A stretch of DNA of 12,423 nt, from contig JAITPP010000028.1 in the NCBI GenBank assembly GCA_031289385.1, positions 1 through 12,423 on the forward strand, given 5' to 3'. Shown piece by piece: positions 1 through 7,480 of this stretch. The translations under genes and the position numbers were made by a program. Positions within the stretch are counted from its first letter, which is position 1, and every line of letters starts with the position of its first letter. Below the pieces are notes generated by a model. The model was not told the origin of the DNA. It did not search any database and saw only the letters and a list, made by a program, of their open reading frames with translations. The stretch comes from Prevotellaceae bacterium (lineage in GTDB: Bacteria > Bacteroidota > Bacteroidia > Bacteroidales > UBA932).

Positions 1-106
1 ATTTCCAATGCTACTTTTTTTGCTTACATTTTTCTATTTCTACCAAGCGATAATCCCTAATGGGATTTCTTTTGGCATCTTTTATAAGTTGTTTATTTTT
101 CATTAC

Positions 107-170
107 TTAATAATCAATAATAAATAGTCAATAGTCAATAATAAATAATAAATAATCAATGGTTTAACTT
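107..170. repeat. AT-rich low-complexity tract built from AATAA / TCAATA / TAAATAA units
   Basis: Direct reading: taataatcaataataaatagtcaatagtcaataataaataataaataatcaatgg. Short units are iterated. Lies about 150 nt upstream of the peptidase promoter-like box. Confidence 0.6.
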
Positions 171-203
171 CCTCTAACTTCTTTGTTCTTCCTTCAAAAA
201 AAT

Positions 204-307
204 CTTTATGAACTTTAAAAACTTTATAACTTTAAAAACTTTATAACTTGACAAACTTTATGAACTTTATAAACTTTAAAAACTTTATAACTTTAAAAAC
301 TTTTTTG
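204..307. repeat. Tandem array of about 11 CTTTAWAA(A) units, equivalent to 4-5 copies of a 17-bp unit CTTTAAAAACTTTATAA
   Basis: Seen directly. Perfect 17-mers at 213-229, 230-246 and 274-290. Copy at 291-307 is CTTTAAAAACTTTTTTG. Degenerate copies at 247-273 contain TTGACA and CTTTATGAA. The array ends 1 bp before a TAccTTTG box. Confidence 0.85.
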
Positions 308-308
308 C

Positions 309-316
309 TACCTTTG
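309..316 (+). promoter_or_regulatory. Bacteroidetes-type -7 promoter box (TAccTTTG) for the peptidase gene
   Basis: Matches the TAnnTTTG consensus of Bacteroides sigma-AB promoters. Sits 68 nt upstream of ATG 384. No clean -33 TTTG is present (TTTA at the expected position). Confidence 0.35.
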
Positions 317-383
317 CGTTTGAAACATTATTGTGAATAATGTATTGTTAATGAAAAAACATAAACTTTAAAATAATTATAAA

Positions 384-2516
384 ATGAAACTAACACTAAC
401 ACAATTAATTTTATTAGGAGGAATTTTTATGCTGGGTGTTTCGTGCACCAAAAAAGCGGGGACAGATATTTCATATCCCGCAGCAGAAAAACAAAATGTC
501 GCCGATGATTATTTCGGTGTAGAAATTGCCGACTCTTATCGTTGGCTCGAAGATGATACAACGCAAGCCGTTGCCGCGTGGGTAAAATCCGAAAACGAAA
601 TTACACAAAATTATCTTAACCAAATTCCATTTCGCGACAAACTCAAACAACGTCTTACGGATATTGTGAACTATGAAAAAATAGGTACTCCGTTTAAAAA
701 ACACGGTAAATATTATTTCTATAAAAACGACGGTTTGCAAAATCAAAGCGTTTTGTATGTTAAAGAAACTATCGACGGCGAGGCAAGCGTTTTGCTCGAT
801 CCCAACACATTGTCGGACGACGGCACGGTGGCGCTTTCGGGAATTTCGTTTTCAAACAACGGAAAATATCTTGCATATAAAATTTCGCGCAGCGGCTCTG
901 ACTGGAACGAAATTTTTGTTCTCGATTTAGAAACCCGACAACTCACCAACGACCATATACAATGGGCTAAATTTACAGGTGCAAGCTGGCAAGGCGATGG
1001 TTTTTATTACAGCGCGTACGATTCGCCCGACAAAGGCAAAGAATTTTCGAATGTAAACGAAAATCATAAAATATACTATCACAAACTTGGCGACAACCAA
1101 AGCAACGATAAACTTGCTTACAAAAATGCCGAATATCCTAAACGCTTTTACTCGGCATCGGTGAGCGACGACGAAAGATTTTTGTTTATTTCAGAAGCGG
1201 GCACAGGCAGAGGAAACCGTTTGTTTATGCAGGATTTGCGGAAACCAAATTCGCCCGTTGTTGAACTTGCAAGCGATTATGAATACGATTATGCGCCGCT
1301 GGAAGTTATTGATAACACAATTTATTTTATGACAAACTACAACGCGCCAAAATACAAACTTGCAAAAGCAGATATTAGTGCGCCCAAACTCGAAGCGTGG
1401 AAAGATGTTGTTCCCGAATCGGAAAATGTGCTGAGCGGCGTTGAATTTGTTGCAGGACAATTAATTCTCGTTTACGAACAAGATGTAGCGCGCCATGCTT
1501 ATGTTTACTCGCTCGATGGCAATTTGAAACACGAAGTTGAATTGCCCACGCTTGGCTCTGTCGGTTTTAGCGGCGACAAAGATGATGACGAAATTTTTTA
1601 CGCATTTTCATCGTTCACATTTCCAAACACAATATATAAATACGATATAGAAAACAATAAGTCGGAACTTTATATTGCTCCCAAAGTTCAATTTAATTCC
1701 GCCGATTTTATCACCGAACAGGTTTTTTATCCAAGCAAAGACGGCACAAAAATACCGATGTTTCTTACCTATAAAAAAGATTTGAAACTTGATGGCACAA
1801 ATCCCGTGTATTTGTACGGATACGGCGGATTTAACGTAAGTCTTAATCCCGGATTTTCGACAATGCGAATTCCATTTTTAGAAAACGGCGGAATTTATGC
1901 GCAGGCTAATTTGCGCGGCGGCGGCGAATATGGCGAAGAATGGCATATTGCAGGAACAAAAATGCAAAAACAAAATGTGTTCGACGATTTTATTGCAGCA
2001 GCCGAATATCTTATCGAAAAAAAATATACCAACAGCAGCAAAATTGCAATAGCAGGCGGCTCAAACGGCGGATTGCTTGTCGGCGCATGTGTAAATCAGC
2101 GTCCCGAATTGTTTCGTGTAGCCTTGCCTCAGGTTGGAGTTATGGATATGTTGCGTTATCATAAATTTACAATAGGATGGAATTGGGCAAGCGACTACGG
2201 CACAAGCGATGACGACAAAGAAATGTTTGAATATCTTTACGCCTATTCGCCTTTGCACAATATCAAAAACGACGGAACGCCTTACCCCGCAATACTTATA
2301 ACCACCGCCGATCACGACGATCGGGTTGTACCTGCACATTCGTTTAAATATGCCGCAACATTACAGGCTGCCAACACAAGCGATGCTCCAAAACTTATTC
2401 GCATAGAAACCGAAGCAGGACACGGCGCAGGAAAACCCATAAGCAAAACATTGCAAGAGCAAGCCGATTTGTACTCATTTGTGATGTATAATTTAGATAT
2501 GAAACCGAAATTTTAA
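384..2516 (+). CDS. Prolyl oligopeptidase (S9A serine peptidase, prolyl endopeptidase family), with lipoprotein-type signal peptide
   Basis: 710 aa. N-terminal MKLTLTQLILLGGIFMLGVSC: K-rich n-region, hydrophobic core, Cys at position 21. N-terminal beta-propeller-like region. C-terminal alpha/beta hydrolase region with nucleophile elbow GGSNGGLL, and DHDDRV / EAGHGAG supplying the Asp and His of the triad. Length and motif order are typical of PREP/S9A. Confidence 0.9.
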   Translation: MKLTLTQLILLGGIFMLGVSCTKKAGTDISYPAAEKQNVADDYFGVEIADSYRWLEDDTTQAVAAWVKSENEITQNYLNQIPFRDKLKQRLTDIVNYEKIGTPFKKHGKYYFYKNDGLQNQSVLYVKETIDGEASVLLDPNTLSDDGTVALSGISFSNNGKYLAYKISRSGSDWNEIFVLDLETRQLTNDHIQWAKFTGASWQGDGFYYSAYDSPDKGKEFSNVNENHKIYYHKLGDNQSNDKLAYKNAEYPKRFYSASVSDDERFLFISEAGTGRGNRLFMQDLRKPNSPVVELASDYEYDYAPLEVIDNTIYFMTNYNAPKYKLAKADISAPKLEAWKDVVPESENVLSGVEFVAGQLILVYEQDVARHAYVYSLDGNLKHEVELPTLGSVGFSGDKDDDEIFYAFSSFTFPNTIYKYDIENNKSELYIAPKVQFNSADFITEQVFYPSKDGTKIPMFLTYKKDLKLDGTNPVYLYGYGGFNVSLNPGFSTMRIPFLENGGIYAQANLRGGGEYGEEWHIAGTKMQKQNVFDDFIAAAEYLIEKKYTNSSKIAIAGGSNGGLLVGACVNQRPELFRVALPQVGVMDMLRYHKFTIGWNWASDYGTSDDDKEMFEYLYAYSPLHNIKNDGTPYPAILITTADHDDRVVPAHSFKYAATLQAANTSDAPKLIRIETEAGHGAGKPISKTLQEQADLYSFVMYNLDMKPKF

Positions 2517-2539
2517 TAAAATATTTACTGATATTTATC

Positions 2540-2576
2540 GCCCGATTGCTGAACAATGGCAATCGGGCTTTTTTTG
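2540..2576 (+). terminator. Rho-independent terminator for the peptidase gene
   Basis: Perfect 10-bp inverted repeat GCCCGATTGC / GCAATCGGGC (2540-2549 / 2559-2568) with a 9-nt loop, followed by TTTTTTT. Lies 24 nt after the stop codon. Confidence 0.7.
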
Positions 2577-2682
2577 TTGGAAAAATAGGGAATTCTGTAA
2601 AAATGTGTGTGGCTCTTGTTTTTGCAGAAATGATACAAGCATTATTTAAATTGACGGCGGTTTTGTGTCAATCAAACAAAAA

Positions 2683-2708
2683 AAGAGGCGCTAACAAAAA
2701 CGCCTCTT
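2683..2708 (-). terminator. Second, distal minus-strand terminator hairpin downstream of the flotillin gene
   Basis: AAGAGGCG / CGCCTCTT 8-bp inverted repeat with a 10-nt loop. On the minus strand it is followed by TTTTTTTGTTTG. On the plus strand no T-tract follows. Confidence 0.45.
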
Positions 2709-2740
2709 CCATTCATTACTACTAACCTTAAAATATAAAA

Positions 2741-2767
2741 AATCGTATTGAAAAACGATTGTTTTTT
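2741..2767. terminator. Bidirectional terminator-like hairpin immediately after the flotillin stop codon
   Basis: AATCGT / ACGATT 6-bp stem with an 8-nt loop. Flanked by AAAAAA on the left and GTTTTTT on the right, so it is followed by a T-run on both strands. Lies 9 nt beyond the minus-strand stop at 2776-2778. Confidence 0.5.
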
Positions 2768-2775
2768 ATGCTTTT

Positions 2776-4212
2776 CTATTTTTCTTTGGCAACTGTTGTT
2801 TTTACTTCTTTTACTTCTGTTTCGGTTGTTTCTTTTCCCAGATAACTTGGGAGTTCCATGCCTGCCATTTTAAATAAATCGTTTAGCGGAGGCACGGCGT
2901 TCATCAGTCCTGAAATGAAGTTTGCGGTTGCTGTTTTTTCGCCTTTTGCATTGTTGTCCCACACGGTTATTTTATCTATTTTGATATTTTTAATTGCCTC
3001 AACCTGTGTTTTTATAAGTTCGGGAAGTTTTTCGGCAATCAGGTAGGTAACGGCATTTTTAGAGTCGCCGCCGGCAGAAATAACCAATTGTTTATATCCT
3101 TCGGCTTGTTTCGACAGTATTTCGTAAATACCTTTTCCTTCGGCTTCCATTTTAACAAAAATAGCATCTGCTTCGCCTTTTGCTTTTCGGCGAAATGTTT
3201 CGGCTTCGGCTTCGGCATCGATAATTGCTTTTTCTTTGTCGATTTCGGCACTTACTATTATATTTGCCTGTTGCGTGGCTTTTTCTCTTTCGGCGCGCGA
3301 AATTTCGGCTAAGCGTTCGGCTGTGTATGCTTGTTCCAACGCTTTTGCCTGTTGCACTTTTTCTGCCGATACGGCTTTTTTCGTAGCCTCAGCCTCGCGT
3401 TCGCGACGTTCGGCATCTGAGTTGGCTATTATTATTTTCGATTGATTTTCTCCCGATACGGCTGTGGCGTTTGCTTCGGCTGTGCGAATACGTGTATCTC
3501 TAATTGTTTCGGCTATGCGAATGTCTTTATCGCGGTTTGCTTCGGCTTTACCTATTTCGCCAAATCGTTCTTGTTCGGCAACGCTCTTTTTTGCTTCGTT
3601 TATTGCTTTTGCTGCGGCTTCTTTTCCCAATGCTTCTATATATCCCGATTCATCGCGAATATCGGTAACGTTTACGTTGATAAGTTTCAAGCCTATTTTT
3701 CGCATTTCCTGTTCAACGTTTTGGCTTACGTATATCAAAAATTTATCTCTGTCGGAGTTAATTTCTTCAATGTCCATTGTGGCGATAACCAAACGTAATT
3801 GTCCGAAAAGAATGTCTTTTGCTATTTCCTGAATTTTCTCCATAGGCAATCCCAGCAAGCGTTCTGCCGCATTAGTCATGTTTTCGGGCTCGGTAGAAAT
3901 TCCTACGGTAAATCGGCAAGGCACGTCTATGCGGATGTTTTGTTTACTCAACGCATTTGTAAGATTACATTCTATCGAAACGGGCGTTAAATCTAAAAAG
4001 GCATAGCTTTGAAATACAGGCCAAATAAAAGCCGCACCTCCGTGAATACATCTTGCCGAGCTGTGTCCTCCGCTTTTATTGCGTCCTGTTCTTCCGTAAA
4101 CAACCAATATTTTGTCGGACGGACAACGTTTGTATCGGCTGAGTATTGATGCGAATGTGATAAAAAAAATCGCAACAATAATGATTATTAATAATCCTGC
4201 TTCCATTTCCAT
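2776..4212 (-). CDS. Flotillin-family SPFH/band-7 membrane protein (YqiK/FloT-like)
   Basis: 478 aa. N-terminal TM helix (LLIIIIVAIFFITFASIL) then RYKRCPSDKILVVYG, typical of flotillin N-termini. SPFH-like core. Long Ala/Glu/Lys/Arg-rich coiled-coil region (AEANATAVSGENQSKIIIANSDAERREREAEATKKAVSAEKVQQAKALEQAYTAERLAEISRAEREKA...). Gene order NfeD > flotillin. Confidence 0.88.
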   Translation of the reverse strand: MEMEAGLLIIIIVAIFFITFASILSRYKRCPSDKILVVYGRTGRNKSGGHSSARCIHGGAAFIWPVFQSYAFLDLTPVSIECNLTNALSKQNIRIDVPCRFTVGISTEPENMTNAAERLLGLPMEKIQEIAKDILFGQLRLVIATMDIEEINSDRDKFLIYVSQNVEQEMRKIGLKLINVNVTDIRDESGYIEALGKEAAAKAINEAKKSVAEQERFGEIGKAEANRDKDIRIAETIRDTRIRTAEANATAVSGENQSKIIIANSDAERREREAEATKKAVSAEKVQQAKALEQAYTAERLAEISRAEREKATQQANIIVSAEIDKEKAIIDAEAEAETFRRKAKGEADAIFVKMEAEGKGIYEILSKQAEGYKQLVISAGGDSKNAVTYLIAEKLPELIKTQVEAIKNIKIDKITVWDNNAKGEKTATANFISGLMNAVPPLNDLFKMAGMELPSYLGKETTETEVKEVKTTVAKEK

Positions 4213-4236
4213 GATATTATAATTTTAATGTTAATA

Positions 4237-4812
4237 TTATATTTTTTCTACTAAAAGAATATTTTCGTCGATAACTTTTATGATTTTCACAATATTTCCT
4301 GTTTTCAGCGCATCTCCTGTGGTTACGGCATCGTACTCTCTTATGCTTTTTTGCACGCTCACCTGTATTTTTCCCATGCCTTCTTCGTGAGCGGGAATGG
4401 GTAAATAAACCGTTGCCGTAAGTCCTATTGTTTGTTTGGCATAGATGTTTCCATCCTGTGTCATTCTGCTTAATGCGTAAAAAATAAGCATAACTCCGCC
4501 AACAATAAATACGCCGATTATAGTTGATAATACAACCAATCCAAACTGACTTGTAATAGACTTATAAAAAAGGATATACGCCCAACTGAATCCTAAAAAG
4601 AAATTAATAAAATTTCGGAATGTGAACAACTGAAACGGCATATCGTAATCTCCGCTCATTGAAGTGTCTGCAACATCTCCCGAAAAATCAGCGTGCGAAT
4701 CCATTCCAATAAACGTCATTATCATTTGGATAATAAAAATGAGGCTCGTTGTAATAGCAATAACCCATACAACTTGCAACATTCCCGACATTGAGAACCA
4801 CCATGTTTCCAT
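4237..4812 (-). CDS. NfeD-like (YqiJ-like) membrane protein, partner of the flotillin
   Basis: 191 aa. Three or four N-terminal TM helices. C-terminal about 60 aa with an NfeD OB-fold-like pattern (GKIQVSVQKSIREYDAVTTGDALKTGNIVKIIKVIDENILLVEKI). Ends 24 nt upstream of the flotillin ATG, consistent with a yqiJ-yqiK type operon. Confidence 0.72.
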   Translation of the reverse strand: METWWFSMSGMLQVVWVIAITTSLIFIIQMIMTFIGMDSHADFSGDVADTSMSGDYDMPFQLFTFRNFINFFLGFSWAYILFYKSITSQFGLVVLSTIIGVFIVGGVMLIFYALSRMTQDGNIYAKQTIGLTATVYLPIPAHEEGMGKIQVSVQKSIREYDAVTTGDALKTGNIVKIIKVIDENILLVEKI

Positions 4813-4851
4813 AATTATAATTTTAATCTGATTACAAAAATATTAATTGTA

Positions 4852-4859
4852 CAAAGATA
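4852..4859 (-). promoter_or_regulatory. Candidate -7 box (TATCTTTG on minus strand) for the NfeD-flotillin operon
   Basis: Plus strand reads CAAAGATA, the reverse complement of TAnnTTTG. Lies 40 nt upstream of the NfeD start. A second match, CAAAAATA at 4835-4842, is an alternative. Confidence 0.35.
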
Positions 4860-5050
4860 ATATTTTTTTGATGATTTACCTATTTTTTAATTGTTTTTTG
4901 ATTATTTGATGATTTGAAAAAAAATTATAAACTTCGCTAACTTCATTTTTTACCACAAAGTTCACAAAGAAGACAAATGTTTTTACAAATCAACAAAAAA
5001 CAAATCAACAACGAAACAAAAAACCTCGTAATTCGTAATTGTTTTTCCGC

Positions 5051-6460
5051 CTACTCCTGATATTTTTTATCAAAGTCTATTAAAAAAAGTTTTTCGGTGG
5101 CGCGTGTAAATGCGGTATAAAGCCAGCGTAAATCGGCAATTGTAATTTGTTCTTTAAAAAACAATCTGTCTAAAAATACTGTTCGCCATTGTCCGCCTTG
5201 GGCTTTGTGGCAGGTTATGGCATACGCATATTTTACTTGAAGTGCGTTAAAATATAAATCTTCGCGAATGGCGGCATAAAGTTTGCGTTTGTTTGTGATA
5301 TGCGCATAATCTTCGGCGATTGCTGCATAAAGTTTACGGCTGTCGTCGTAACTAAGCGATGCCGATTCTATTTTTAGCGTATCAAGCATTATTTTACAAT
5401 CGAGTTCCATATCGTTATAATCGTGAAAACAAAGGCTTACATTGGCAAAATTAAAACCGTAGCGTTGTTCGTATTTGCCGATACGGGTAATTTCGGCAAT
5501 ATCGCCATTGGCAATAAAATCTATGTCTTTATCGGCATCTATAAATTGATAACAATTTTTTACAACCATAAGCAAATCGCCGATAACAAGTTGTTCTTCG
5601 CGTCCAAAAATACGTGCGCGGATACCTTCATTATATCGGTTTGCCCGACGATTGGAATATGTTATTACGGCTGTGTTTTCAAAACCGAATTTGCTATACG
5701 CATCGTCTATTTTTTCAACAACATCGCCGGATGATATTAATTCTACATCAGCAAAATTGGTAAATTTTAACTTTGGTATTTGCAAAATATTATTATCAAT
5801 ATTAACGCGCAAACGATTTGCATTTGAAAGAATTTCAGAATCGGCTGCCTGACGAACAACATCATTAAGATTTATTTTTTGTATATCGCCAAAATAATGA
5901 AGTTCCTGTTCGTTGAGGGCAGGACTTTGTTCAAGTCCTACGGGCGGAAGTTGAGCCCTATCGCCGACAAGAACAAGGCGGCACGATTTTCCTGAACGTA
6001 TAAATTCAATCATGTCGTCGAGCAAACGCCCGCTGCCAAACACCGATTGCTCGGAAAGCGTATTTGAAATCATAGATGCTTCGTCAACAATAAAAATTGT
6101 ATCGGCATGAATATTTTTGTCAATAACAAATTTTCCGAATCCATCGGAAGAAGATTTTTGACGATAAATTTTTTTATGAATTGTATATGCTGCTGTATTT
6201 GAATAACTTGTAATAACTTTTGCGGCTCTGCCTGTCGGTGCAAGCAAAACCGATTTTAGTTGCAAATTTTTTAACGTAGCCACCAAAGCGCTTATTGCCG
6301 AAGTCTTTCCTGTTCCCGCAAATCCGCTGACAATAAAGATGCGCGAATCGTTTTTGTCGATAATAAATTCGGCAAGTTTGACAAGCAATTCTGTTTGCGA
6401 CGACGTCGGCGTGTACTTTAAATTAGTACAAAGCAGATTAAAAACGTGATTTTTGAGCAT
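5051..6460 (-). CDS. SF1 DNA helicase, RecD/Dda-like (AAA_30-type ATPase with a UvrD_C_2-like C-terminus)
   Basis: 469 aa. Walker A GFAGTGKTS. Motif II-like IFIVDEASM. VLVGDRAQLPPV (helicase motif III region). C-terminal ITCHKAQGGQWRTVFL matches the motif V/VI region of RecD-like helicases. No nuclease or other fused domain is evident. Confidence 0.82.
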   Translation of the reverse strand: MLKNHVFNLLCTNLKYTPTSSQTELLVKLAEFIIDKNDSRIFIVSGFAGTGKTSAISALVATLKNLQLKSVLLAPTGRAAKVITSYSNTAAYTIHKKIYRQKSSSDGFGKFVIDKNIHADTIFIVDEASMISNTLSEQSVFGSGRLLDDMIEFIRSGKSCRLVLVGDRAQLPPVGLEQSPALNEQELHYFGDIQKINLNDVVRQAADSEILSNANRLRVNIDNNILQIPKLKFTNFADVELISSGDVVEKIDDAYSKFGFENTAVITYSNRRANRYNEGIRARIFGREEQLVIGDLLMVVKNCYQFIDADKDIDFIANGDIAEITRIGKYEQRYGFNFANVSLCFHDYNDMELDCKIMLDTLKIESASLSYDDSRKLYAAIAEDYAHITNKRKLYAAIREDLYFNALQVKYAYAITCHKAQGGQWRTVFLDRLFFKEQITIADLRWLYTAFTRATEKLFLIDFDKKYQE

Positions 6461-6481
6461 TGAACGTTAAAAAATTTGCCC

Positions 6482-6489
6482 CAAAATTA
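6482..6489 (-). promoter_or_regulatory. Candidate -7 box (TAATTTTG on minus strand) for the helicase gene
   Basis: Plus strand reads CAAAATTA. Lies 22 nt upstream of the helicase start codon at 6460. Confidence 0.3.
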
Positions 6490-6562
6490 ATCATTTTGCA
6501 CATAAATATGGCATAAATTGAAAAAAATATCATAAAAATATTTCTGAGTAAAAAAAAAGTTA

Positions 6563-6570
6563 TAAATTTG
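6563..6570 (+). promoter_or_regulatory. Candidate -7 box TAAATTTG for the hypothetical-DUF3822-rsmD operon
   Basis: Matches TAnnTTTG 41 nt upstream of ATG 6611. TTTC lies about 20 nt further upstream, a near-match to the -33 TTTG. Confidence 0.3.
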
Positions 6571-6610
6571 CAAGTCAAACTTTGAGTAAAATTAAAAAAA
6601 CATAAGATAG

Positions 6611-7477
6611 ATGAAAAAAATTATTCAATTAGTATTAGCCCTCGTGGTTATTGTGCTGGCTTACCTTCTGATAACAAATATCAGAAAACCCATTGATTTT
6701 AAAGCGAGTTATGAAATTCGTAAAACAAAAGTAGTGGAACGGTTAAAAGAAATTCGCGCTTTGCAGCAAGCGTACAAAAGCGTTAAAGGCAACTATACGT
6801 CAAGTTTCGATACGCTCGAAAACTTCTACAAAACGGGAAAAATGCAAACGCTACGTTCGATAGGTTCTTTGGACGATTCGGCAACATTGGAACGTACAAA
6901 AGCCTACGAAAAAATTTATGACGAGCAGCAAAAACAAATCAAAGCACGCCGCCCTATTAAAGGCGAAAAATTAGTTGCTCTGGTTGATTTGAGCGATGCT
7001 GAAATTATCAGCAAAGGATTGGCAGTTCGCAAACCTATTGTTGATGAAGTAAAATCAGTTGTTAAAGTTGATACAATTTTACTTTCGAGTAAAGCTAACT
7101 TTAATATCGATGAATTGCGCTATGTTCCGGGAGTTGAAGTTAACGGAAACGTAGAAAAACCTCAATTTGAAATGGACGCAAAAGTCAAAGAAACTATTTC
7201 GAAAGTACTTGTGCCTTTGTTTGCCGTTTTTGTTCCAAACGAAGTTTTCTTAAAAGGACTGGATAAACAAGAAATTGCTAATCTCAGCGACGAACAAATA
7301 CAGAGAAACAGCCTTGAGGATGACGACAAAAATACTCTTTTCAGAGAACAAAAAAATGAACTTAGCAGCGAAGAAAGAAAAGAATTCGCCGACAAAAAAA
7401 AGAAATGGGAACACTATCCCGGATTAAAAGTAGGAAGTATAAACAACCCCAATAACGATGCGGGAAACTGGGAATAA
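6611..7477 (+). CDS. Hypothetical membrane-anchored protein (N-terminal TM helix, Lys/Glu-rich extracytoplasmic or cytoplasmic domain)
   Basis: 288 aa. MKKIIQLVLALVVIVLAYLLITNI signal-anchor. Remainder hydrophilic with a charged C-terminal tail (EERKEFADKKKKWEHY). Stop TAA at 7475-7477 is 3 nt before the next ATG. No family recognised by eye. Confidence 0.7.
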   Translation: MKKIIQLVLALVVIVLAYLLITNIRKPIDFKASYEIRKTKVVERLKEIRALQQAYKSVKGNYTSSFDTLENFYKTGKMQTLRSIGSLDDSATLERTKAYEKIYDEQQKQIKARRPIKGEKLVALVDLSDAEIISKGLAVRKPIVDEVKSVVKVDTILLSSKANFNIDELRYVPGVEVNGNVEKPQFEMDAKVKETISKVLVPLFAVFVPNEVFLKGLDKQEIANLSDEQIQRNSLEDDDKNTLFREQKNELSSEERKEFADKKKKWEHYPGLKVGSINNPNNDAGNWE

Positions 7478-7480
7478 ACG

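Noticed and set aside
8-127. 39-codon ORF (MLLFLLTFFYFYQAIIPNGISFGIFYKLFIFHYLIINNK) at the window start.
   Set aside because: Phe/Ile/Leu-rich translation of T-rich DNA. No promoter box was found (window edge). Most likely chance. Cannot exclude a small hydrophobic peptide without conservation data.
248-253. Canonical sigma-70 -35 hexamer TTGACA inside the degenerate repeat copy.
   Set aside because: No acceptable -10 hexamer lies 16-18 bp downstream, and Bacteroidota promoters use TTTG / TAnnTTTG instead. Likely a coincidental variant of the CTTTAAAAA unit.
204-307. Whether the tandem repeat array could be a CRISPR array.
   Set aside because: Units are 8-9 bp (17-bp super-unit) and directly abutting, with no unique spacers and no cas genes nearby. 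It is a simple tandem repeat.
471-2339. Short ORFs inside or antisense to the prolyl oligopeptidase gene (471..746, 743..949, 1191..1460, 1940..2164, 2061..2339).
   Set aside because: They are nested within a well-supported 710-aa peptidase CDS. The translations are low-complexity with no recognisable motifs.
3039-3990. Cluster of 60-122-aa ORFs on both strands inside the flotillin gene (3039..3251, 3088..3312, 3236..3445, 3442..3798, 3464..3832, 3799..3990).
   Set aside because: All lie wholly inside the 478-aa SPFH/flotillin CDS. Their products are low-complexity (Phe/Cys/Ser-rich) translations of the GC-poor, repeat-like coiled-coil coding region (GCTTCGGC-type codon repeats). They are alternative-frame artefacts.
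2776-4812. NfeD-flotillin pair as a candidate anti-phage or defence module.
   Set aside because: The NfeD > SPFH gene pair is a very widespread housekeeping membrane-microdomain operon (yqiJ-yqiK type). There is no adjacent nuclease, toxin, ATPase or other defence hallmark and no island signature. Only the neighbouring helicase is unexplained, and that is reported separately with modest interest.
5423-5852. Plus-strand ORFs 5423..5734 and 5652..5852 opposite the helicase gene.
   Set aside because: They sit antisense inside a confidently called SF1 helicase. Their composition is hydrophobic and low-complexity, typical of spurious AT-rich ORFs.
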